DNA from: Myxococcota bacterium
Lineage (GTDB): Bacteria > Myxococcota_A > UBA9160 > PR03
Length of the DNA stretch: 64,000 nucleotides
Assembly (NCBI GenBank): GCA_041611735.1
Contig: JBFIML010000007.1
Coordinates: 32,001-96,000 of the forward strand
Reading direction: 5' to 3'
Below, piece by piece: positions 55,829 through 64,000 of this stretch. A program made the translations under genes and the position numbers. A model generated the notes under the pieces. It had not been told where the DNA came from, ran no database searches, and saw nothing but the letters and a program-made list of their open reading frames with translations. Numbering within the stretch: position 1 is the stretch's first letter; each line of letters begins with the position of its first letter.

Positions 55829-56179
55829 ATGAAGCGGCCGGCATCCCGACGACTGGCACTCTCGCTCCTGGCCGCGGCCGGCCTGGCCCTGGCGCCGGCC
55901 TTGGCCTCGGCGGGGTCGCGCGGTCACGGCAGCCATCTCGGGATGCGGAGCGCTCCCAAGCCCGGTTTCCACCTGCGAGCCCACCCGTCGCATGGGCACG
56001 GCTTCCACCACGCCGTGGTGCCGCGGCGCCATCGACCGCCCGCCGGTCTGCACCGCGTGGTTCCGCCGCCTCGTCACCTGCACCGTCGTCACCGGGGACC
56101 CGGCACCGTCGTCGTGATCGGGAACTCGGCCCGCACCATCTACGTCTCCGACGGGGTCGTGATCCTGCTGCTGGACTAG
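55829..56179 (+). CDS. Small secreted His/Arg/Pro-rich protein
   Basis: Signal peptide ending PALASA; 13 His in the mature region. Confidence 0.5.
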   Translation: MKRPASRRLALSLLAAAGLALAPALASAGSRGHGSHLGMRSAPKPGFHLRAHPSHGHGFHHAVVPRRHRPPAGLHRVVPPPRHLHRRHRGPGTVVVIGNSARTIYVSDGVVILLLD

Positions 56180-56198
56180 GTGGGGCTGGCAACACCGG

Positions 56199-58148
56199 CT
56201 ACCGGACGTAGCCGAGGGCGCGCAGCGCTCGTTCGGCCTCCGGGGATACGCGGGACGCGGGGCCGGAGCCCGCATCCAGGGCGGGAAGTCGGCCCCGCAA
56301 GCGCTCGGCGAGGGTTCGCTCCAGATCGAACCGATCGTGGCGCTCGTAGGGGTCGCCGGCGAGGCGGTAGACCTCGATTCCGCCCGCCTGCTCGATCAGC
56401 TTCACATCCCCCTGGATCACGGCGCGCGCCGGCTCCGCCGTGAGGCGGCCGAAGTCCTCGACCTTGCGCACCCGATGGCCGAAGAACTCGATCTGCGCCT
56501 CCGGCTCGCCCGCGGCCGGGCGGCGCAGATCGCGGCCGATGCCCAGGGATTCCCCGCCGCCGACCGCGCCGAGCGTGGCCGCCACGTCGAGCAGGCTGAC
56601 GGCTCCGGGCTCCGGGGGTAGGCGCACGCCGCGCGGGGGCTGGATGAGGAGAGGGATCTGCGTCACTTCTCCATAGACCGTGGTCCCGTGCTCGGTGACG
56701 CCGTGCTCCCCGAATGCCTCCCCGTGGTCGGAAGTGATGACGAGCCAGAGGTCGTCGAGCACCTTCCGTGCTCGCAGGGCATCGATCAGTTCGCCCAGGG
56801 CTGCGTCCAGGCCGAGAATCTCCTCGTCGTAGCGATCCACCAGCGCCTGCATCGTCTGCGGGTCGTGCCAGATCTTGGCCGGTCCGAGCTCCGTCGCCTC
56901 ACCCGTCGCGAAGGTTCCCGCGTGGGGCGGCGCAGGAACGTAGGGCGCATGCGCCTCCATGTAGTTCGCAACCACGAAACACGGCGCCGGCTCACAGGCC
57001 GACAGGAAGCGCAGGACCCTCTCGTTGATGGCGCGGGCCGTCGGCATCCCGAACGCGTACTTGGCGTGCCACGAGGGGGTGAGGCGCTGGCGCAGCGTCT
57101 CGCCCAGCCCGGGCAGGGCCGCGGAGGCCAGCGGAGCCACGGTCCAGTCGAAGCCCCGCTCCAGGCCGGGCAGGTGAACCAGGGAGAAGTTCGCGAGGAT
57201 CGCCGCGGTCCGGTAGCCCTGCGCTCGCAGCAGCTCCGCCAAGGTCCGCTTCGATCGCATCGGCCGCAGGCGCAACCCGTCACCCGCAAAGAGGGTCCCT
57301 TCGTGAAGGCCATGCTCGGAAGGCAGCGTGCCGGTGAAGAGCGAAGCGTGGGCCGGGAAGGTCCACGTCGCCGGGGAATGGGCCAGGGGATAGAGCACCG
57401 CCCGGTCGCTGCGGGCCAGGAACTCGGTCAGGCGGGGTGTAGTCTGCCGCGCATAGCCGTACATCGGCAGGTGCTGCGCCCCCACCGTGTCCAGGATCAG
57501 AAGCAGGATCGTCGCTGCCGTCTCCGCTCCGGGCGCCGCCCCGTAGCCGGGCATGTTGCGGTCCGGATGCCCGCGGCCCGTCCCGTAGCTGGCCGCCAGC
57601 AGGACCCCCAGCAGCAAACCCGCCAGGGCCGGCGTCCCGGGCATCCAGCGCCGCCGGGAACGAAGACCGCTCGCCGAGACCACTCCCAGACCGAGCAGCA
57701 GGTAGACCGCCGCGGGCACCAGACCCTGTCGCAGCAGCGGAGCACCCGGCAACGGCAGGTTCGGGGCCGCCGCGGGCCAGAAGACCAGGACGGCTGCGAG
57801 CGCGAAGCCGACGGCCACGGCGCGGGACACCACGCCGGCCGGGCGACGGTGGGACGCGACCAGCCCGGTGGCCGCCGCCATGCCGAGCCCCGCCCACGGG
57901 TCGAGGGCCAGGGCCCCGTACAGACCGACCCATCCCGCCAGGGCCAGGCCAGGGGACAGCGAGAAGGTCGCCGCCAGCGCGGCCACGAGGCCAGCCGCGC
58001 CCAGCGCGAGCCCCGTGCAGAGCGCGACGTAGCCGGCATCGCGCTCGGGAATTCTTGCGCAGTAGTCCAGCAACTCCACAGCGGAAACGAGCGCCGCGGA
58101 GATGGGAACCGCCATCCACGGCGCAACCGTGCGGCGGCGCGGCATCAT
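56199..58148 (-). CDS. Membrane-anchored sulfatase-like (alkaline phosphatase superfamily) protein
   Basis: N-terminal TMs, ILDTV, WTFPAHASLFTG, MEAHAPY, TSDHGE, IPLLI. Confidence 0.85.
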   Translation of the reverse strand: MMPRRRTVAPWMAVPISAALVSAVELLDYCARIPERDAGYVALCTGLALGAAGLVAALAATFSLSPGLALAGWVGLYGALALDPWAGLGMAAATGLVASHRRPAGVVSRAVAVGFALAAVLVFWPAAAPNLPLPGAPLLRQGLVPAAVYLLLGLGVVSASGLRSRRRWMPGTPALAGLLLGVLLAASYGTGRGHPDRNMPGYGAAPGAETAATILLLILDTVGAQHLPMYGYARQTTPRLTEFLARSDRAVLYPLAHSPATWTFPAHASLFTGTLPSEHGLHEGTLFAGDGLRLRPMRSKRTLAELLRAQGYRTAAILANFSLVHLPGLERGFDWTVAPLASAALPGLGETLRQRLTPSWHAKYAFGMPTARAINERVLRFLSACEPAPCFVVANYMEAHAPYVPAPPHAGTFATGEATELGPAKIWHDPQTMQALVDRYDEEILGLDAALGELIDALRARKVLDDLWLVITSDHGEAFGEHGVTEHGTTVYGEVTQIPLLIQPPRGVRLPPEPGAVSLLDVAATLGAVGGGESLGIGRDLRRPAAGEPEAQIEFFGHRVRKVEDFGRLTAEPARAVIQGDVKLIEQAGGIEVYRLAGDPYERHDRFDLERTLAERLRGRLPALDAGSGPASRVSPEAERALRALGYVR

Positions 58149-58282
58149 GCGACCCGGTCGAGCGAGCTCCCGCGTCGGCGGGTGCCGCGCGGATTGCTTG
58201 CGTGGAGCAAGGCCCGCGGTGATACTCGCGCTCGTGATGTGCCCGGCTGGATGGGAGAGGCGCGGCTCACGCGAAAGCCTCG

Positions 58283-59329
58283 ATGCGAGTGGCAGTGTCG
58301 ACCCTCGGGCATCCTAGCGCTCCGGCGATCACGACTCCGCTCCTCGACCTGCTCTGCATCGGCGGTCTCTCGATCCTCGCGATCACTCCCTTCCTGTTCC
58401 TGAGCCCCGACGAAGCGAGCTTCATCCTCCTGCCGCAGCTGCTTCTGGCGGCAACGTTGTTGAACGGCGCCCACTTCATCGCGTCGTACCGCCTGCTCTA
58501 CTCCTCCCGGACCCACGTGGCCCGCTACCGTGCGGCCTCGATCTACGTTCCGGCGGCCCTGGTACTGTACTGCTCCTGGGCCGCCCTCACCGCGGGCAAG
58601 GATCCGAACCAATCGCTCTACGTGCAGGGCTTCCTGATCTTCACGGCCTTCTACCTGGCCTTGCACTACACCGGCCAGACGTGGGGGATGATGGCGTCCT
58701 TCTCCCATCTGGAGGGGGTTCGCATCGCCGACCGGGAGCGCCGGTTGTTCCGCGCCTGCCTGTACGTCCTGGTCGGCTGGCAGGTGGTCTGGTCGCTGAA
58801 CCTGATCTCGGAACCACCCCGTTGGCTGGCGACCCATCTCGGCACCTTGAACGGCGTCAGCCACGCCGCGGCGGTGGCGACCATTCCTGTCGCCTTCTTC
58901 ACGTTCGTCTCCCTGGCCCGGCGCACGGCCCGTCCGCCTCCCCCGCGCGTGTGGATCCCCCTGGCTGCCTTGTACTTCTGGTACGCCCTCATCTGGAAGT
59001 TTCCGGGTGCTCTGATGGGCGTCCAGATCGCCCACGCCCTCCAGTACATCATCTTCCCGCTCCGGGTGGAGGCGAACCGCCACGTGCGGAAGTCGGCCTC
59101 CGGGCCAGGCCGGCACATGCTGTTCTACCTTTGTACGCTGAGCGTCCTGGCCTGGCTCGTCTTCGTCTCGCTCCCGGGCTGGGCCGGGCAGGCAAGCAGC
59201 GGCTTGGGGATGTATGTCGCATTGCTGATCACGGCCATCAACGTGCACCATTTCTACATCGACGGCTGTGTCTGGAAGCTTCGCAACCCGATCGTGCGGG
59301 ACGACATCTTCGCGCATCTTCCGAGGTAG
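58283..59329 (+). CDS. Uncharacterised multi-pass membrane protein with four His motifs
   Basis: HFIASY, HYTGQTWG, HALQY, HHFYIDGCVWK. Confidence 0.75.
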   Translation: MRVAVSTLGHPSAPAITTPLLDLLCIGGLSILAITPFLFLSPDEASFILLPQLLLAATLLNGAHFIASYRLLYSSRTHVARYRAASIYVPAALVLYCSWAALTAGKDPNQSLYVQGFLIFTAFYLALHYTGQTWGMMASFSHLEGVRIADRERRLFRACLYVLVGWQVVWSLNLISEPPRWLATHLGTLNGVSHAAAVATIPVAFFTFVSLARRTARPPPPRVWIPLAALYFWYALIWKFPGALMGVQIAHALQYIIFPLRVEANRHVRKSASGPGRHMLFYLCTLSVLAWLVFVSLPGWAGQASSGLGMYVALLITAINVHHFYIDGCVWKLRNPIVRDDIFAHLPR

Positions 59330-59361
59330 CCGGGTCTTCGCCGAGTCACAGGAGGCTCCCC

Positions 59362-60666
59362 ATGCCGGCCGACGCGCTCGATCTGGCCACGCTCGACATC
59401 GCCACCCCCGAGCACTACGAGCGCAACGGCTATCCCTACCGCGAATGGGCCTATCTCCGGAAGCACGCTCCGGTCTTCTGGTACCAGCGGGACAACGTAG
59501 AGCCCTTCTGGGCGGTGACGAAGCACGCGGACATCATCGAGCTCGGGAAGCAGCCCGGGCGCTTCCTCAACTCGCCCCGCCTGGCGGTCTTCACCCGCGA
59601 CCTGCCGCCGCCGCCGGAGGGCTCCACCCGGCACCTCCTCACCATGGATCCGCCGGACCACGCCCGCTACCGCCAGGTCACCAGCAAGCGCTTCACGCCG
59701 CGGGCAGTCACCGGCTGGGAGGCCAAGATCCGGCGCATCACCCGTGAAGTGATCGACGAAGCGGGCCAGCGGGAGCGCATCGACTTCGTGCGCGACGTCT
59801 CTGCCCGGATCACGATCGCCGTCATCGCGGAGATGCTGGGAGTGCCCCGCGAGGACCGGGAGCTTCTCTTCCGCTGGACCAACGAGATCATCGCGCCCCA
59901 GGACCCGGATTTCGCCCAGGGGACGCCGGACCAGACCCTGGAGCGCGCCCGGACCGAAGTCTTCGAGTACTTCCAGCGCATGGCCGAAGAGCGGCGACGC
60001 GAGCCCACGGACGACATCGTGAGTGTCGTCGCCAATGGAACGGTGAATGGCAGACCCCTGCCGCCCGTGGAACTGCTTTCCTACTACTTCCTGCTGGTCG
60101 TCGCCGGGAACGAGACCACTCGCAACGCCATGACCGGCGGGCTGCTCGCCTTCCTGGAGAACCCGGGCGAGTGGCGCAAGCTGAAGCAGAACCGGGAGCT
60201 GATCGGTCCCGCCGTCGAGGAGATCGTGCGGTGGACCACGCCGGTGATCCAGTTCTGCCGCACGGCCACCGAGGACTACGAGCTGCGCGGCCAGAAGATC
60301 CGCGCCGGCCAGAGCTGCTGTCTCTTCTACCCGTCCGGCAACCGCGACGAGGAAGTGTTCCCGGACGGCGACCGCTTCCGCGTGGACCGCGATCCCAACC
60401 ACCACATCGCCTTCGGCCGAGGCGAGCACGTGTGTCTTGGTGCGCACCTGGCACGCCTCGAGATCCAGTGCGCCTTCGAGGAGCTTCGCGAACGCCTGGG
60501 GCAGGCGGAGCTCGCGGGTCCCGTGGAGCGGGTGCGCTCGTCCTTCGTGGGCGGAATCAAGCGCGTGCCGCTGCGTTGGGAGATCGCACCGGCCCGAGCT
60601 GGCGGCCTCGGGCGACCGGGAAGGACGGCTTCCCGGAGGTTTACTAAGGGACGGCATTCGGGGTAG
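59362..60666 (+). CDS. Cytochrome P450
   Basis: MDPPDH, AGNETT, EIVR (ExxR), [19 protein letters not shown]. Confidence 0.95.
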   Translation: MPADALDLATLDIATPEHYERNGYPYREWAYLRKHAPVFWYQRDNVEPFWAVTKHADIIELGKQPGRFLNSPRLAVFTRDLPPPPEGSTRHLLTMDPPDHARYRQVTSKRFTPRAVTGWEAKIRRITREVIDEAGQRERIDFVRDVSARITIAVIAEMLGVPREDRELLFRWTNEIIAPQDPDFAQGTPDQTLERARTEVFEYFQRMAEERRREPTDDIVSVVANGTVNGRPLPPVELLSYYFLLVVAGNETTRNAMTGGLLAFLENPGEWRKLKQNRELIGPAVEEIVRWTTPVIQFCRTATEDYELRGQKIRAGQSCCLFYPSGNRDEEVFPDGDRFRVDRDPNHHIAFGRGEHVCLGAHLARLEIQCAFEELRERLGQAELAGPVERVRSSFVGGIKRVPLRWEIAPARAGGLGRPGRTASRRFTKGRHSG

Positions 60667-60767
60667 CCTCGGGGGTGGCCCCGGGGGGAGGGGGCTCCAC
60701 TCAGCCGCCCTGGGCCGGGAGCCGACAGCTCGGGTCTCAGCGCTCGGCTGAGGTGGCAGGGCGGAGC

Positions 60768-62816
60768 GTGTCGAGGACCGAGCCCCAGGGCAGTGCAGCG
60801 TCGGCGACAGCCGGAAGCGGGATCGCGACCGCCGTGCTGCTCATGCTGCTCGCCGCAGTGCTGCGCCTCCACGCTCTCGGCGAGCTCGGCTTCGCGGGCG
60901 CCGAATACTACGTGGTGCTCTCCGCCCGCGGCATCCTCGCCCACGGCGTGCCGGAGTTCCCGTCCGGACTGGTGTATCCGCGTGCGCTTCCGTTCTCCTA
61001 CGCGACGGCAGCGATCGTCCGCATCTTCGGCGAGAGCGAGTTCTCGGTCCGGCTGCTCGGCGCCCTGCTCTCCACCGTCGCCGTCGGCGCCGTCTACGGC
61101 TTCGCCCGGCGTAGCTTCGGTCCCGAGGTCGCCCTGGTCGCCGGCCTGGTCATGGCTGTGTCCGCCCTCGAGATCACCCTGGGCCGGACGGCGCGCATGT
61201 ACGGGCCGTTCTCGTTCTTTGCGTTGCTCGGGCTCTGGTTTCTCCATCGCGCCGTCTACGAAGGAGACCGGCGCTATCGGATTCCGACCCTCATCGCACT
61301 TGCCATCGCCACGTCACTCCACGCCACCGCGGGGACGTTGCTGTTTCCCGTCGCGGCATTGTGGATCTTCTCCGACACGCGCGCGCGCCATCGCGGCTTC
61401 GTCGTCCTGTGCGGCGCGTTGATCGTCGCATCCTGGGTGGCCCAGGCAGCCCTGAGTGTCCACCATTACGACCACTGGAAGCGCCGGGTCGCGGAAGCCC
61501 GAGCCCTGGATGGCGATGGCGCTGCGTCTGCCGCGCTCCTCGCCGGCTCCAGGGACTCCGCCATCCGCGAGCACTTCGCGCTCCTCGCCCGAGCCAACCA
61601 AACGCTCGGACTCCAGCCCCCGGCGTTGATCGGGGCGATCGGGCTGGTCGCTACCGGCGCGGCGGTCCTTTCCCGATCCGTCGCGGGTCCGGGCGTCCTG
61701 CTCCCCCTGGTGACGTTCGCGACCGTTGCGGCTCTGTGCCTTCACCAGATCATGGCGGCCCTCTACGCCGCGAGCGGCTTTGCGCTGCTCGCCTTCTTCC
61801 GGCCCGGGATTGCCGGCCGGGGCCCCCCGCTGGTGCTCCTGGCGCTGGTCGCCCTGGGGACGGTCGCCTGGCTGGCCTTCGGGATGCGGGAAGCCGAGGC
61901 CCTCTCCCTCGGCGGCACCCTGGTCGGCTATCCGAAGAACTTCCTGCTGCACTACGTCCAACGGTCGCCGGCGATGGCCGTGGTGGTGGCGATGGGAGCT
62001 CTCGAGATTCTTCGCGCGTATCGGAATGAAGGCCGGGACTCGAGGCGCGTCTACGTGCTGGCTGCGCTGATCCTGCCCGCCGTCACCATGGGCCTCCATC
62101 CCGACGCCCCGTCGCGCTTCTTCGAACGCTACTCGGATTTCTTGAACCCCTATTTCGTCATCCTCTATGCCTACGGGATCTGTTGGCTGTCCCGCGGAGC
62201 CCTGCAGCTGTTTCGACTGCATGGGCGTCGGGAGCCGATGGGCCCCCTCGGGTATGTGCTGGTGGCGGTCCTTCTGCTGCTCACGAACGGCGTCGACCCG
62301 CGCGCGGCGATCGCCGCGGCGGCGCCGCACTACGGACCCAACCAGCGGCTGCGCGAGGCCTCCGGAAAGGCTCGGGTCCGTGCAGATTATCAGGGCCCGT
62401 CCCGGTTCGTTTGCGCCCGGGCCGCGGCCCAGGACGTGATGATCGTCACGAACATCCTGGCCCACTACCTCTACTGTGGACGTGCCGACTACCATTTCAC
62501 CATCGAGAATGGAAGCCGTGACGCAGAGGGATGGATCGGCTCCGCCCGCACGCTTCACAGCGTGCAGGAGCTGCTGGCGGTAATGGAAGCCGAGGGGACG
62601 CAGCGATTCTGGCTGGTGCTCTCCCAGGACGAGGTCCGCCGCAGACGGAACCGGGGCCGCTTCCACGAGCTGGAGGCGCTGCTTCGGGCGGACTGCGTGC
62701 GTCTGGAGCACGCGGGGCGGGACGGCGTGTCGGCGGTCTACTCCTGGCAGGGCTCCTGCCTGGCGGCGCTGCAGCGGGGAGCCCGCTCGTCGTCCAGTGC
62801 GGGCCGCGGCCCCTGA
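60768..62816 (+). CDS. ArnT/PMT-like GT-C glycosyltransferase (family 39-like)
   Basis: AAVLRL..LG..AEYY, FGESEFSVRL, ARMYG, many TMs, C-terminal soluble domain. Start uncertain. Confidence 0.78.
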   Translation: MSRTEPQGSAASATAGSGIATAVLLMLLAAVLRLHALGELGFAGAEYYVVLSARGILAHGVPEFPSGLVYPRALPFSYATAAIVRIFGESEFSVRLLGALLSTVAVGAVYGFARRSFGPEVALVAGLVMAVSALEITLGRTARMYGPFSFFALLGLWFLHRAVYEGDRRYRIPTLIALAIATSLHATAGTLLFPVAALWIFSDTRARHRGFVVLCGALIVASWVAQAALSVHHYDHWKRRVAEARALDGDGAASAALLAGSRDSAIREHFALLARANQTLGLQPPALIGAIGLVATGAAVLSRSVAGPGVLLPLVTFATVAALCLHQIMAALYAASGFALLAFFRPGIAGRGPPLVLLALVALGTVAWLAFGMREAEALSLGGTLVGYPKNFLLHYVQRSPAMAVVVAMGALEILRAYRNEGRDSRRVYVLAALILPAVTMGLHPDAPSRFFERYSDFLNPYFVILYAYGICWLSRGALQLFRLHGRREPMGPLGYVLVAVLLLLTNGVDPRAAIAAAAPHYGPNQRLREASGKARVRADYQGPSRFVCARAAAQDVMIVTNILAHYLYCGRADYHFTIENGSRDAEGWIGSARTLHSVQELLAVMEAEGTQRFWLVLSQDEVRRRRNRGRFHELEALLRADCVRLEHAGRDGVSAVYSWQGSCLAALQRGARSSSSAGRGP

Positions 62817-62944
62817 GCCCCGTGGGGAGGAAGTGCCGAGTCCGTGCCTGGCCGACCCGATCTCCGGAGCGTGAGCAGAATCACGCCCCCCTCCTGGCGA
62901 GTGCCGATGCGACCTGAGGAACGAAGCTCCAGGAGCGAGTGCCC

Positions 62945-64000
62945 ATGCGAACCATCCGTCCGAGCCTGCTGACGCTGTGCCTGTGCCTCTTCTGGTCCAC
63001 GGGGGGGCTGGCCTTCGAACATCCGGGTGGCGTCCACACACGCGCCCAGATCCAGAAGGCCCGACAGGAGCTGCTTGCGGGCGCCGCGCCCTGGACGGCC
63101 GCCCATGCGCGCCTGATCGATCGCGCCAACGCCGGGCTTTCCGAGGCGCCCTCCGCCGTGGAGGACTATGACGTTCCCGGCTACTACGAGAACGCGGCGG
63201 CCCACACCGCAGCCAAGACCCGTCTCCGAGACGACGCGAACGCTGCCTACAGCTGCGCACTCGCGTTCCAGATCAATTTCGGGCTCTCCAGCCAAGCACG
63301 CACGCAGTACGCCGAGAAGGCGAAGGCCATCCTCAACGACTGGGCGTACACCAACAAGAGGATCTCCGGACACGATGGAGATCTCGTGATGGCCTACGTG
63401 GGCACGACGCTCGCCCTCGCGGCAGAGCTGCTCTGGGACCATCCCGGCTGGTCCGAGACGGACAAGCGCCAGTTCCGTTCCTGGACGCAATCCGTGCTGC
63501 GCGGCGCCTCTGCCATCCAGAGCCGGAGCAACAACTGGGCGGATTGGGGGATCTTCGCTGCGCTGGTGGCAGATCATCTGCTCGACGATGCGTCGAGCAT
63601 GCAAGCGCACGTATCCAGACTGCAGAGCCTGATCGACGACCAGATTGCTCCGGACGGCTCTCTGCCCAGCGAGTTGAGGCGTGGTGAGAAAAGCCTCTGG
63701 TACACGTACTTCGCCCTGGCTCCTCTCACCAACGCCGTCGAGCTGGTCCGGAACGCCACGGGAACCGACCTCTATACCTGGACGCCGCCCAGCGGCGGCA
63801 CCCTCCGACAAGCCGTCGCCTTCTTCTTCCGGGGGGCCAGCAGTCCGGCCGCATGGCCCACCGAGGTCGCCAGCAGCCCCGAACCCGATGGATGGGGGGG
63901 CGACCTGCTCTACGCCATGGGCCTGGTCTACGAGGATCGTTCGTTCCTGGACTGGGCCCGGCCCCCCTTCGGACCCAGCAACGCCGCCTGGGAGAGCCCC
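62945..64000 (+). CDS. Secreted alginate-lyase-like protein (partial, runs off right edge)
   Basis: Manually translated: signal peptide, FEHPG, DANAAYSCAL, ILNDWA, SNNWADWG, DGSLPSELRR, WYTYFAL. Confidence 0.75.
   Translation, partial: MRTIRPSLLTLCLCLFWSTGGLAFEHPGGVHTRAQIQKARQELLAGAAPWTAAHARLIDRANAGLSEAPSAVEDYDVPGYYENAAAHTAAKTRLRDDANAAYSCALAFQINFGLSSQARTQYAEKAKAILNDWAYTNKRISGHDGDLVMAYVGTTLALAAELLWDHPGWSETDKRQFRSWTQSVLRGASAIQSRSNNWADWGIFAALVADHLLDDASSMQAHVSRLQSLIDDQIAPDGSLPSELRRGEKSLWYTYFALAPLTNAVELVRNATGTDLYTWTPPSGGTLRQAVAFFFRGASSPAAWPTEVASSPEPDGWGGDLLYAMGLVYEDRSFLDWARPPFGPSNAAWESP

Overview
A very GC-rich, densely packed chromosomal segment from a Gram-negative (LptD-encoding) bacterium. 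Gene content and style suggest Myxococcota or a related deltaproteobacterial lineage (inference only). It is mostly housekeeping and accessory metabolism: pheA (partial), a diguanylate cyclase, coaE, trpG-D-C-F-B-A without trpE, lptD, Crp, tlpA-ccdA, dtd, dcd, queG, an exosortase, bcp, a GH1 glucosidase, acnA, a TPP riboswitch with thiC, mtgA, selD, an M28 peptidase, ArsR, a histidine kinase, a P450, GT-C glycosyltransferases and an alginate-lyase-like gene (partial). I found no tRNA, rRNA, CRISPR array or transposase. The most notable signals absent from or misread by the ORF track are: (1) a 41-codon orphan PqqA-like (ExxxY) precursor peptide with its own -10 and RBS, next to a sulfotransferase; (2) selD read through an in-frame UGA at the catalytic position, with a SECIS-like hairpin; (3) a RuBisCO-like protein plus cupin pair resembling the Rhodospirillum rubrum MTA-isoprenoid shunt, with a KDDN active-site variant; (4) a shared sigma28-like TCAA-N16-GYCGA motif before three cyclic-nucleotide signalling genes; (5) twin ArsR operator palindromes, a DoxX-like gene remnant, and many apparently leaderless genes. 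All calls come from motif recognition by eye; no database searches were run.
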